The translations under genes were made by a program, and so were the position numbers. Positions 1 through 6,929 of a DNA stretch of 51,608 nucleotides are shown piece after piece. Origin of the DNA: a virus; the IMG/VR virus record IMGVR_UViG_3300020215_000010; one strand, written 5' to 3'. Every line of letters begins with the position of its first letter. Position 1 is the first letter of the stretch. A model generated the notes under the pieces. It saw only the letters and a list, made by a program, of their open reading frames with translations. It did not search any database and was not told where the DNA came from.

Positions 1-127
1 GGTCGGCGCAATAAGCGTCGTGCAAATGAGTAGCCAGAAAACCAGCCGGTAAATTTGCTCATCGGTCATGCGATCTGGCCCGCTGCCTGTACGCGGCGCT
101 TCAGGTCTTTGCGCTTCTCTCCGTTCA
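1..127. repeat. 127-bp terminal direct repeat identical to 51482..51608 (circular-assembly overlap or terminal redundancy)
   Basis: Base-by-base comparison of window start and end; ORFs read through the junction intact. Confidence 0.9.
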
Positions 128-458
128 CCCGCAACTCACGGTCCCGGTAGAGCGCGCGGAACAGCTTCTCCTTGAGCTTGAAATCCGGTGTCTCGAATCC
201 CTTCACGTCCTCGACCACCTCGTAGGGTGTTCCTGGCTCCCGATAGGCGAAGTCCGCGATGTAGTCGCAGATGTGGAAGCCCTCCACGTCGAGCGGGTAA
301 CGCGGGTGGACTTTCAGGCCCCGGATTTCCTTCGCGCTCTCCAGCAACTTCAGTTCTCCGTAACGCTTGGCTTCGACCTTCGAGTCAAAAACGATCCCGT
401 CAACCTGGGTCTTGACGGCGTTGAACTTGTGCTTGCGCTTGGCGAACCAGCCCATCAA
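66..458 (-). CDS. DUF1064-like protein (nuclease-fold family common in phage early modules)
   Basis: 130 aa; KHKFNAVKTQVDGIVFDSKVEAKRYGEL pattern; stop overlaps (ATGA) the start of the small membrane ORF across the junction. Confidence 0.6.
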   Translation of the reverse strand: MMGWFAKRKHKFNAVKTQVDGIVFDSKVEAKRYGELKLLESAKEIRGLKVHPRYPLDVEGFHICDYIADFAYREPGTPYEVVEDVKGFETPDFKLKEKLFRALYRDRELRVNGEKRKDLKRRVQAAGQIA

Positions 459-784
459 GCGGCCACCATCTCCGCTAGTGCATCGAGTGCCGGCGAGAGC
501 TTGTTCACCGCCTGGATCGCCGCCGCCTTGCGCGCATCGCTCATCTTGGCGACGACCACGCCGTGGAGGCCGTAAACCTCGTTGGCGAATCCTGCGTCGA
601 AGAACTGGATCATCAGGCCCATCACGTAACCGTCCGGTTGCGAATATTCGTTGAGGTAATTGTCGATGGTGTCCTCGTCCTTCCCCAAAGCATCGGCAAG
701 GTGCCTCCGGGTTACGCCTGTATTCGGGTAGAGGCGAGTTCGGATGGCATTCGATAAGGCTTTTCGGAAGTCATGCCGTGTCAC
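455..784 (-). CDS. hypothetical early protein
   Basis: Track ORF 455..850; GTG at 784 makes a GTGA overlap with the upstream stop; 850 is an alternative start. Confidence 0.5.
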   Translation of the reverse strand: MTRHDFRKALSNAIRTRLYPNTGVTRRHLADALGKDEDTIDNYLNEYSQPDGYVMGLMIQFFDAGFANEVYGLHGVVVAKMSDARKAAAIQAVNKLSPALDALAEMVAA

Positions 785-1107
785 GCTGCGTCCGTTGGTG
801 CTGGTGAGTTCGGGGAAGGTTCTCCCTGGGGCGGGGGAAGTGTCGCGCACTGGTTGTCTCCACGATGTGACTCGTGAAGACCACCGAACGACGCAATGTG
901 AGCGGCCCAGATCGCCGCGAGATCGAAACCAAAGGTCAGGATGTTGAATGCCCGGTCCTCGTAGACTCCAGCTTGGCGGCAGTGGTCATCGAGCCGGGCG
1001 TTGAACGAACGATATTCGGTGAGGGGGACAACGTCGGCCCCCGGCACGTGAAGCACGCGGTTGGTGCGATACTGGCGCGGTTGAAGGGTGAATAGCTGTG
1101 CGGTCAT
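781..1107 (-). CDS. hypothetical early protein
   Basis: ATG 1107 in ATGA overlap with upstream stop; high third-position GC for most of its length. Confidence 0.5.
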   Translation of the reverse strand: MTAQLFTLQPRQYRTNRVLHVPGADVVPLTEYRSFNARLDDHCRQAGVYEDRAFNILTFGFDLAAIWAAHIASFGGLHESHRGDNQCATLPPPQGEPSPNSPAPTDAA

Positions 1108-1268
1108 GCCAAGGCCAGCCACACATAGGCGCCGCTCGTGGCGATACCGGACAAGCCGAGCCCGAGCTTCATCACGTTCGGCCGCCCATCGACGTAGTAG
1201 TCGTGAAGGATGACGGCCGCACAACCCAGGCTGAACACCGAAAGCAAAAGGAGACCGGCGGCAACCAT
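1104..1268 (-). CDS. small membrane / lipoprotein-like peptide (54 aa)
   Basis: Below track cutoff; AAGGAG 9 nt upstream of ATG 1268; MVAAGLLLLSVFSLGC lipobox-like N-terminus; high GC3. Confidence 0.5.
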   Translation of the reverse strand: MVAAGLLLLSVFSLGCAAVILHDYYVDGRPNVMKLGLGLSGIATSGAYVWLALA

Positions 1269-1498
1269 CTAAAACCCGCTCCTTCGCTCGGCCCTGTCCA
1301 TTTCCAAGCGGGGTGGAGCAACACGACGCGCTTGAGATCGGAGTCTATCCTGTTGCAGGCGATGACTTGATCGGCGGTGGTGGGCTTGGTCCAGCCCCAG
1401 CGCATGTGATCGTGCGATATCGTGAACATGATTTCAGAGACGGTCGGCGGGACTGCCGGCGTCCGCAGATTGTCCCAGAGATGGCTGGTATCGGTCAT
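1172..1498 (-). CDS. hypothetical early protein with run-on 3' tail
   Basis: ATG 1498 in ATGA overlap with DUF551 stop; GC3 high only down to about 1270, then the frame runs over the next gene. Confidence 0.45.
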   Translation of the reverse strand: MTDTSHLWDNLRTPAVPPTVSEIMFTISHDHMRWGWTKPTTADQVIACNRIDSDLKRVVLLHPAWKWTGPSEGAGFRWLPPVSFCFRCSAWVVRPSSFTTTTSMGGRT

Positions 1499-1752
1499 GG
1501 CTTCGGGGCCTCGGGGAGAGGCATCCAATGAGTGGGGTCGCCCGCATCAACCACATAGAAATCGTTGCCGGCGTTCCAGATGAGCCAGCCGCCGTATTTG
1601 GCGTACCCCCGATACCCAAGCTCCTCCGCGTCCTTTCCGCTGATGCGGCCGCCAACGCGAATGTCGGGCATTTCTGGAATCGTCTCGCCAAGCAAAAGCA
1701 GGACGCTCTTGCTACCCTTCGGCGCGCTGTCGATGGTGCGCCACTTGCTCAC
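1495..1752 (-). CDS. DUF551-like protein
   Basis: WRTIDSAPKG ... PTHWMPLPEAP signature; GTG 1752 in GTGA overlap with upstream stop (1791 also possible). Confidence 0.6.
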   Translation of the reverse strand: MSKWRTIDSAPKGSKSVLLLLGETIPEMPDIRVGGRISGKDAEELGYRGYAKYGGWLIWNAGNDFYVVDAGDPTHWMPLPEAPKP

Positions 1753-2030
1753 GGCGTCCCCGCAAACGGCTGCTCGCCGCAATCGCACCACTCAATCCAG
1801 GCACCGGGATACGAGTTGTCGCTGCTGAAATTCAGGGCGGCACCCAAGGGGGATCGGATGCCGCCCACGCCACCGACCCCAGGGAGGGCGAAGGTCGGAG
1901 CGGAAGCGAATGAGGGTGCCGGGCTGTCTGCCCCGTGCCCGGCGACGGGTGCAAAGGAAGGGGGCGGCCCGAAAGGTGACGTACCCACCGCCCTCGTCCT
2001 GCAGATTGTTGAGTGCGGGCCGGGCTTCAT
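1749..2030 (-). CDS. hypothetical Pro/Gly/Ala-rich protein
   Basis: 93 aa, ATGA overlap with upstream stop, GC3 high. Confidence 0.4.
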   Translation of the reverse strand: MKPGPHSTICRTRAVGTSPFGPPPSFAPVAGHGADSPAPSFASAPTFALPGVGGVGGIRSPLGAALNFSSDNSYPGAWIEWCDCGEQPFAGTP

Positions 2031-2482
2031 GCGCGGGCCGCCTGAAGTTCGGCCGCCAGCGCGGTCATATCAACTGCGCCGGTCCGATCACAAAGCTGGA
2101 GAGCTATCTCGGCCTCTCGGCGCTTCGTCACCAGATAAGGCAGCACCAACGTGAGGAATTGCTTGGAGCCCAGCGTATCCAGCGACCATCGCCACTGCGG
2201 CCGGATGCTCCAGCCGGATATCTGCCCGCGTGCGACACGCCCAGGGAAAAGGCGGTTGACGACCTCTATGGTTTCCCGGTGCGTCATCTTGATCTCGACG
2301 ATGACGTTCTTTCGCTTTGGCCACCGGCACCACACCGTGCCTTCGCCGTCGAACAGGCCGGCCAGCCAAGCAACGTCCGTGTCCTTGCGGGAACTCGAAA
2401 TGATTTCTGCCGTTGTTGATTGCAGGCGCCCTACGCCCTCGCCAGCGGCGGCCAAGCTTGGGATGTGGCCCCCGGGACGCAT
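2027..2482 (-). CDS. LAGLIDADG-family homing endonuclease, single-motif type (about 151 aa)
   Basis: WLAGLFDGEGTV motif; I-CreI-like size; ATG 2482 lies 3 nt after the cro stop. Confidence 0.7.
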   Translation of the reverse strand: MRPGGHIPSLAAAGEGVGRLQSTTAEIISSSRKDTDVAWLAGLFDGEGTVWCRWPKRKNVIVEIKMTHRETIEVVNRLFPGRVARGQISGWSIRPQWRWSLDTLGSKQFLTLVLPYLVTKRREAEIALQLCDRTGAVDMTALAAELQAARA

Positions 2483-2484
2483 TG

Positions 2485-2712
2485 CTAAGCGTCCGCCTTC
2501 TCGAAGAAATCGGCGTAGGTGAGCTTGCCCTCGGCCTTCCGCAGGAGCGTGTCTTGGTGCCGCGTGGGCACCTTGCCACCGGTGCCGCCTCGAGCCTTCG
2601 GGTACGTCCACCGGTGGACATTGGAAACGTCGAGATCGAGCAGCTTGGCGACGGCCTGGGCGCCTCCGAGCTTGCGAATTACATTGTGGGCGGGTGTGAC
2701 CATCCCCGCCAT
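2485..2712 (-). CDS. Cro-like HTH regulator
   Basis: KLGGAQAVAKLLDLDVSNVHRW helix-turn-helix; divergent from cI; starts at 2712 or 2703 avoid the operator. Confidence 0.7.
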   Translation of the reverse strand: MAGMVTPAHNVIRKLGGAQAVAKLLDLDVSNVHRWTYPKARGGTGGKVPTRHQDTLLRKAEGKLTYADFFEKADA

Positions 2713-2722
2713 TCTGCACATT

Positions 2723-2739
2723 CTTGCGGTTATCGCAAG
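2723..2739. promoter_or_regulatory. operator, perfect 17-bp palindrome CTTGCG-N5-CGCAAG
   Basis: Read directly; lies between the divergent cro and cI starts. Confidence 0.65.
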
Positions 2740-2745
2740 CCCCAA

Positions 2746-2762
2746 AATGCGGAATTCGCACT
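2746..2762. promoter_or_regulatory. second operator-like site AATGCG-GAATT-CGCACT
   Basis: TGCG/CGCA core half-sites with the same 5-bp spacer, centre 23 bp from the first site. Confidence 0.5.
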
Positions 2763-2798
2763 TACGGCCGCAAGCCTTGCCGGACTACTTATGAACCT

Positions 2799-3137
2799 AT
2801 GGATCTGGAGTGGATTCGTAAGGGCTTGAGCAAGCCCGGGAAAACGCAAGCTGGACTGGCGAAAGCCATCGGCCGCAGCGAATCCGTGGCATCCCGCATA
2901 CTTTCGGGAGAACGCGAGATAAAATCGCGCGAAATCCCCAAGATCGAGGCGTATCTAGGCGACAGCCCCAACGGCCACGCCAAAGCCATGCCCAGCGGCG
3001 GCCTGCCGACCCCGGAGGAAATTGCCGAGGCCCGCAAGGTTCAGGAGATCCTGCTCAAGATCGCGGGCGTGCCCCAGGACGATAAGAGCTTGGCCGCTTC
3101 CCTCGAAATCGTGCGCCGGGTGAAGGCGGGCAGCTAA
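2799..3137 (+). CDS. CI-like XRE-family repressor (112 aa, no S24 peptidase domain)
   Basis: GKTQAGLAKAIGRSESVASRILSGER HTH; ATG 2799 in frame within track ORF 2724..3137. Confidence 0.7.
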   Translation: MDLEWIRKGLSKPGKTQAGLAKAIGRSESVASRILSGEREIKSREIPKIEAYLGDSPNGHAKAMPSGGLPTPEEIAEARKVQEILLKIAGVPQDDKSLAASLEIVRRVKAGS

Positions 3138-3304
3138 GCGCCTTCCGTACCGCCCGGCGCACCAGAACGCACAGGCGGGCCAATTTACGGCCCTTAAGCC
3201 CCGTCCTCTCCGCAAGCACCGCTCGGATGAGCTGGTCAGCCGTGGAGCCGGGCCTACTAACTACGTCAGTAGTCATTTATTAACGCCCCCTTCCTTATCG
3301 TCCC

Positions 3305-3406
3305 GCCGCCCGAAAGGGCCGGCGGCCTCGCGAAAGCCTGGGGCGCGAGCATAATTCGCGCTGGATCAGGTGGTTAACGCCACCTGCCCCGCCGACCCCT
3401 CGGCGG
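3305..3406 (+). promoter_or_regulatory. array of four consecutive GC-rich stem-loops
   Basis: GCCGCC/GGCGGC 3305-3326; CTCGCG/CGCGAG 3327-3349; AGGTGG/CCACCT 3368-3385; CCGCCGA-CCCC-TCGGCGG 3389-3406. Confidence 0.5.
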
Positions 3407-3477
3407 AACGCCTCCGTATCTTAGCACTAAAGTTTAGCTGGCCAACGTTCACGTTTTGGACATGTGTGCGGTTTCCC

Positions 3478-3492
3478 ACCGCAAACGTGCGG
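3478..3492. promoter_or_regulatory. 15-nt element ACCGCAAACGTGCGG (palindrome CCGCA-AACG-TGCGG), identical copy at 45993..46007
   Basis: Exact repeat found by eye at two control regions. Confidence 0.6.
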
Positions 3493-3523
3493 GCGATGTG
3501 CCGTCACAAATATTTTGCACGGG

Positions 3524-3540
3524 CTTGCGTTTTCCGCATT
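3524..3540. promoter_or_regulatory. operator-like site CTTGCG-TTTTC-CGCATT
   Basis: Same left half-site and spacing as 2723..2739. Confidence 0.45.
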
Positions 3541-3567
3541 GACCGATCTTGCGATTAATGCAAGTAT
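3539..3567 (+). promoter_or_regulatory. candidate early-left promoter (-35 TTGACC, 17-nt spacer, -10 AAGTAT)
   Basis: Hexamers read from sequence; spacer is occupied by operator 3548..3564; about 55 nt upstream of the first early gene. Confidence 0.4.
3548..3564. promoter_or_regulatory. operator CTTGCG-ATTAA-TGCAAG (one mismatch from a perfect palindrome)
   Basis: Same 6-5-6 architecture as 2723..2739; centre 24 bp from 3524..3540. Confidence 0.6.
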
Positions 3568-3622
3568 GCTCCCCATCGCCCCTCACCCGAGGGCAGCAGC
3601 AGGAAAAGGGGAGCAGCGGAAC

Positions 3623-3823
3623 ATGGCGAACACAATCCAGATCAACAGCGGCAAGCGCGCGGTGGTCGCCATGCGGAACGACGCGGGCTCGCCGTGGTCC
3701 GCACGCCTGTACGTCAACGTGGCTGGCGGCGATGTCGTGACCGGCGATGCGACCCTCGTGTGCACCAAGCGGGCGACCGAGGCGGGCGTTCGTAAGTGGG
3801 CCGAGAAGGTGATGGCGGCATGA
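3623..3823 (+). CDS. hypothetical early protein (66 aa)
   Basis: ATG 3623 preceded by AGGAAAAGGGGAG; in frame within track ORF 3464..3823. Confidence 0.55.
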   Translation: MANTIQINSGKRAVVAMRNDAGSPWSARLYVNVAGGDVVTGDATLVCTKRATEAGVRKWAEKVMAA

Positions 3824-3981
3824 GCGACGACCGGGCCGCCGAGATGGAGCGCATCCGCAACAAGCCGATGACCGAACTGACCTCGGCCGAGTTCGACATG
3901 CTGACGGCCGAGGAGCGGCGCTGGGTGCTTTCGGCGCTGAACGATGACCAGCGACGCGCCCTCGCCAAGCCAACCCGCTAA
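3820..3981 (+). CDS. hypothetical early protein (53 aa)
   Basis: ATGA overlap with previous stop. Confidence 0.5.
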   Translation: MSDDRAAEMERIRNKPMTELTSAEFDMLTAEERRWVLSALNDDQRRALAKPTR

Positions 3982-4013
3982 CCCCAATCCAGCAGCAGGG
4001 AGGACAAGCAGAC

Positions 4014-4316
4014 ATGGCGACGACAATCAAAACGGTTGGCACCTACATGGGTTTCGCCGGCCCCGGCGTGACGGTTCGGCGCTTCCGCATTCAGAGCGAG
4101 AAGGGCTATTGCGAATTCGCCGTCACTGACGGCTCGCGGATGGTCATGACCTTCGGCGGCTCTTTGTGGCCTGACAGCTTCCCCGAGGTTTTCCAGCACT
4201 TCGGCCCGGACGCTGGGCAGCTCACGGCGCGAAGCGGCTACGAGCTAACCGACGCGGGCGCCGCGCGCATCGCTCGCCTCGATCAGGCCGCCACAGCCGA
4301 TCAGCCCGCCGTCTAA
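4014..4316 (+). CDS. hypothetical early protein
   Basis: 100-aa ORF with GGGAGG upstream. Confidence 0.55.
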   Translation: MATTIKTVGTYMGFAGPGVTVRRFRIQSEKGYCEFAVTDGSRMVMTFGGSLWPDSFPEVFQHFGPDAGQLTARSGYELTDAGAARIARLDQAATADQPAV

Positions 4317-4346
4317 CCCAGGGACACAGGGAGAAGGAACAAACCG

Positions 4347-4733
4347 ATGGCGACGAAAGCGAAAAGGAACGTGAAGGCGCTGCGCAGACTGCGGGCCGTG
4401 TTCGCCAAGGTGCCGGCGCACAAGGTGCACATGCGCGTCATCAATGGTCACAGCAAGTGCGGCACCGTTCATTGCCTGCTTGGCTGGGCCTACACAGACG
4501 CGAAGCTCGTCTCGCTCGGCTTGGACTGGGGAAGCCATGACATCATGAAGAACGCGGCGCGGACATTCGGCCTCCGCCTCGATGAGGCCAAGCGGATTTT
4601 CCTGAACGACCCTGCGCGTTTCGGGAGCGTGCTGATAACCGACCCCCACGCCATCGACAAGGCACAGGTCATGGACCGCCTGGACGACGCAATCGCCGGC
4701 AAGCGGATCAAGCCCTACGTCGTGAAGTCCTAA
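4347..4733 (+). CDS. hypothetical early protein
   Basis: 128-aa ORF with GGGAGAAGG upstream. Confidence 0.55.
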   Translation: MATKAKRNVKALRRLRAVFAKVPAHKVHMRVINGHSKCGTVHCLLGWAYTDAKLVSLGLDWGSHDIMKNAARTFGLRLDEAKRIFLNDPARFGSVLITDPHAIDKAQVMDRLDDAIAGKRIKPYVVKS

Positions 4734-4758
4734 CCCCTCACCCGAGGAATCAAACCCG

Positions 4759-5004
4759 ATGGCTGGGAAAGTGAAAGAAGAAGGGCATACGCCGACACCT
4801 GAGAAATGGGAGTGCGCTGGGTGCGGCGAGCGAAACGTCATGAGCTTTCGCGAGTGCCCGCGATGTGGTCGTCCAAAGGCCCTCGCTGGCCAGCAGGTTA
4901 CCGAATTCGCGCGTGATGCGTGCTCCGTTTGCGGTTGGGTCGTGGATTACGGATGTGGCTGCCCAAAGCCGACCATCCAAAACCGCTCTTTCCAAGGTGA
5001 TTGA
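4759..5004 (+). CDS. zinc-ribbon protein with a RanBP2-type finger pattern
   Basis: WECAGCGERNVMSFRECPRC fits W-x-C-x2-C-x3-N-x6-C-x2-C; second Cys cluster CSVCGW...GCGC. Confidence 0.55.
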   Translation: MAGKVKEEGHTPTPEKWECAGCGERNVMSFRECPRCGRPKALAGQQVTEFARDACSVCGWVVDYGCGCPKPTIQNRSFQGD

Positions 5005-5009
5005 GGGTA

Positions 5010-5243
5010 ATGGCAATGGCTGATTTCAAACGGATGGCGGAGGAGTACGCGGCGGCATTTCGCGAGAAGCAGTCGAAGGCGCTCCTGTTCTACACGGAAG
5101 CGACTGGCGAATTTATGGGGCGGGTGACCAGCGATGCCTACCTCGCTGGCGTGAACGCGGCGCTGGAAGCGGCGGCGAAAAGAGTGGCGACGGAGTCCGA
5201 TTACTTCGCCACCGCCATCCGCGCCCTCAAGCCCCAGCCATAG
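5010..5243 (+). CDS. hypothetical early protein
   Basis: Track ORF 5001..5243 (TTG); ATG at 5010 or 5016 more likely. Confidence 0.5.
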   Translation: MAMADFKRMAEEYAAAFREKQSKALLFYTEATGEFMGRVTSDAYLAGVNAALEAAAKRVATESDYFATAIRALKPQP

Positions 5244-5251
5244 AAAGGACA

Positions 5252-5551
5252 ATGAACGACATGGGCGCGCGATATGAAGTCGGCATGAACGTTGTGTGTG
5301 TGGATGCATCGATTGAGCCGGGCCAGCAATGGGAGACAGGCGCCGAACTGCACGAGCGCTCCGTCTACACCATCGCCACGATTATCCCAGAATACAACGG
5401 GAAGGTTGGCTTGCTGCTTGAGGAAACCCGGCGCGAGGATGGGTGGGCATACCGCGCCTCTCGCTTCCGCCCGTGCCAGCGCACCGACATCAGCGAGCTA
5501 AAGAAATTGGTGGTCAACCCGCCGCGCGAACTCGTGCGCGAAACCGCCTAG
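5252..5551 (+). CDS. hypothetical early protein
   Basis: 99-aa ORF, GAAAGGA upstream. Confidence 0.55.
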   Translation: MNDMGARYEVGMNVVCVDASIEPGQQWETGAELHERSVYTIATIIPEYNGKVGLLLEETRREDGWAYRASRFRPCQRTDISELKKLVVNPPRELVRETA

Positions 5552-5581
5552 CCCTGACCACCGAGGAGGCAAGGTAGGAAG

Positions 5582-5758
5582 ATGAGCGATTACCGCCATA
5601 TGTACAACGAACTGAAGGGCGCGAACTTCGGTGCCTACGAGAAGGCCATCGCGTATTCGGAGGGCATCGCGCTCAAGAACGATTTGAGCACCAAGCTTGC
5701 CGCCGAAATCGAAACGGCGATGGTCAGCCTCGCCCTGGACTTGATCAAGGGCCACTAG
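5582..5758 (+). CDS. hypothetical small protein (58 aa)
   Basis: Below track cutoff; GGAGGCAAGGTAGGAAG upstream of ATG; fills an otherwise empty gap. Confidence 0.5.
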   Translation: MSDYRHMYNELKGANFGAYEKAIAYSEGIALKNDLSTKLAAEIETAMVSLALDLIKGH

Positions 5759-5760
5759 CC

Positions 5761-6090
5761 ATGACCGCCCTCCCTCTCCCCACCCGCACCCTGGAACAGG
5801 CGAAGAAGGATTGCGCGTTCTCCGCTCTCCAGCGCGCCCTCGTCATCTCCCAGAACGCCCGCCTCAATCTCATGGACTGCAAGCGATCCGCTGAAAACGC
5901 AGGGTCCAAGTTCCTCGCCGCCGTCATCCAGGGCGCGGTTGAGCGGCAGGACGACAACATCGCGGAGCTTCGGTCTGAAGTCTCCACCATCGAATACGAG
6001 GAGCACCGCGAAGAGATCGAGCGCGAGGAGCGGGCAGAGTTCGTCAACGCCCTGGCCCTCGCCAGCCCTTCCAAGACGGGGAGGATCTGA
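5761..6090 (+). CDS. hypothetical early protein (coiled-coil, acidic C-terminus)
   Basis: 109-aa ORF. Confidence 0.5.
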   Translation: MTALPLPTRTLEQAKKDCAFSALQRALVISQNARLNLMDCKRSAENAGSKFLAAVIQGAVERQDDNIAELRSEVSTIEYEEHREEIEREERAEFVNALALASPSKTGRI

Positions 6091-6362
6091 TGATCACCCT
6101 CCCCCAGTTCTGCATCGCCTTATCGGCTGCCTGTTCTCTCACCTTCGGCTTGGCGAGATGGGACATGGACGAGCAGGTGAGCCAGCAAGTCTCAATCGAG
6201 ATTAGAGAGCTGGAGCGCTACGCCGACAGTTGGAATGCCTCCCTCTCTCGCTGGCAAGCCTTCGGGGAAGTAGCGGAGGCGGTCTGCGGGGACAGGGTGG
6301 CGGCTTCTCAGGTGGTGAGGGTGCAGAACGAACAGAAGACTGTGGCGAGGGCGTGCGAATGA
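6090..6362 (+). CDS. hypothetical protein with hydrophobic N-terminus
   Basis: 90 aa; MITLPQFCIALSAACSLTFGLA signal/TM-like start; TGATG junction. Confidence 0.5.
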   Translation: MITLPQFCIALSAACSLTFGLARWDMDEQVSQQVSIEIRELERYADSWNASLSRWQAFGEVAEAVCGDRVAASQVVRVQNEQKTVARACE

Positions 6363-6850
6363 TCTGGCAGCTCTCACATAGAGCGGATCGCGCGGCCCTC
6401 CCCTTGGCTGACCGGCATTACAACCGGCAGAAAGTCGGCTCGCCGCAATTCGTCCCGCCCGGCCGCTGCATCGTCCTGCTGTCTCGCTGCGAGCGGGCCT
6501 TGTGGGTCACCAGCTGGCCCTTCGCGGAGTACGTCCGCCACGAATGGGCGGGCGCGTGGGTCAATAGCCTGTTCCGCAACGAAGGTGCTGGCCTCTCCAG
6601 CGAGCTTATCCAAGAAGCGGTGTCTGTGACGCGGCATTTCTGGGGCGACGGCCCCGAGCCACACGGCATCATCACCTTTGTAGATGCTGGCGAAATCCGC
6701 AGCACCAACCCGGGCTACTGCTACACGCGCGCCGGCTGGAAGCACATCGGCTTTTCCAAGGGTGGCCTCAAGGCGTTCGGGCAGGCCCCCGCCGAAATGC
6801 CTGCTGCTGAGCGCCCCTACTCCCCTCAAACGGAGTTCGCCTTCGCATGA
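6359..6850 (+). CDS. hypothetical enzyme-like protein; possible GNAT-fold Mom-like family (tentative)
   Basis: ATGA-coupled ATG 6359; ADRHYNRQK near the N-terminus and ITFVD...NPGYCYTRAGWKHIGFSKGG near the C-terminus. Confidence 0.5.
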   Translation: MIWQLSHRADRAALPLADRHYNRQKVGSPQFVPPGRCIVLLSRCERALWVTSWPFAEYVRHEWAGAWVNSLFRNEGAGLSSELIQEAVSVTRHFWGDGPEPHGIITFVDAGEIRSTNPGYCYTRAGWKHIGFSKGGLKAFGQAPAEMPAAERPYSPQTEFAFA

Positions 6851-6929
6851 TCTACCCCCTCACTTACCAGCCCCAATACGCAACAGGCGAGAGGGTCGGC
6901 AGCAACTACAGGATCGTGGATGCGGAGCA

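Noticed and set aside
2027-2761. Full 244-aa version of the LAGLIDADG ORF, and the alternative 177-aa frame at 2088..2621
   Set aside because: The upstream 93 codons overlap the Cro-like gene and are Arg/Pro-rich. ATG 2482 directly follows the cro stop. The 177-aa frame has no motif.
3055-3276. 73-aa minus-strand ORF overlapping the cI 3' end
   Set aside because: GC3 is only moderate, there is no RBS, it overlaps cI by 83 nt, and the C-terminal half is Arg/Pro-rich. It is kept only as a remote possibility for an antisense product.
3370-3558. 62-aa plus-strand ORF in the cI to early-operon gap
   Set aside because: It sits on the hairpin array and operators, has a Cys/Phe/Trp-rich odd composition, and has no RBS.
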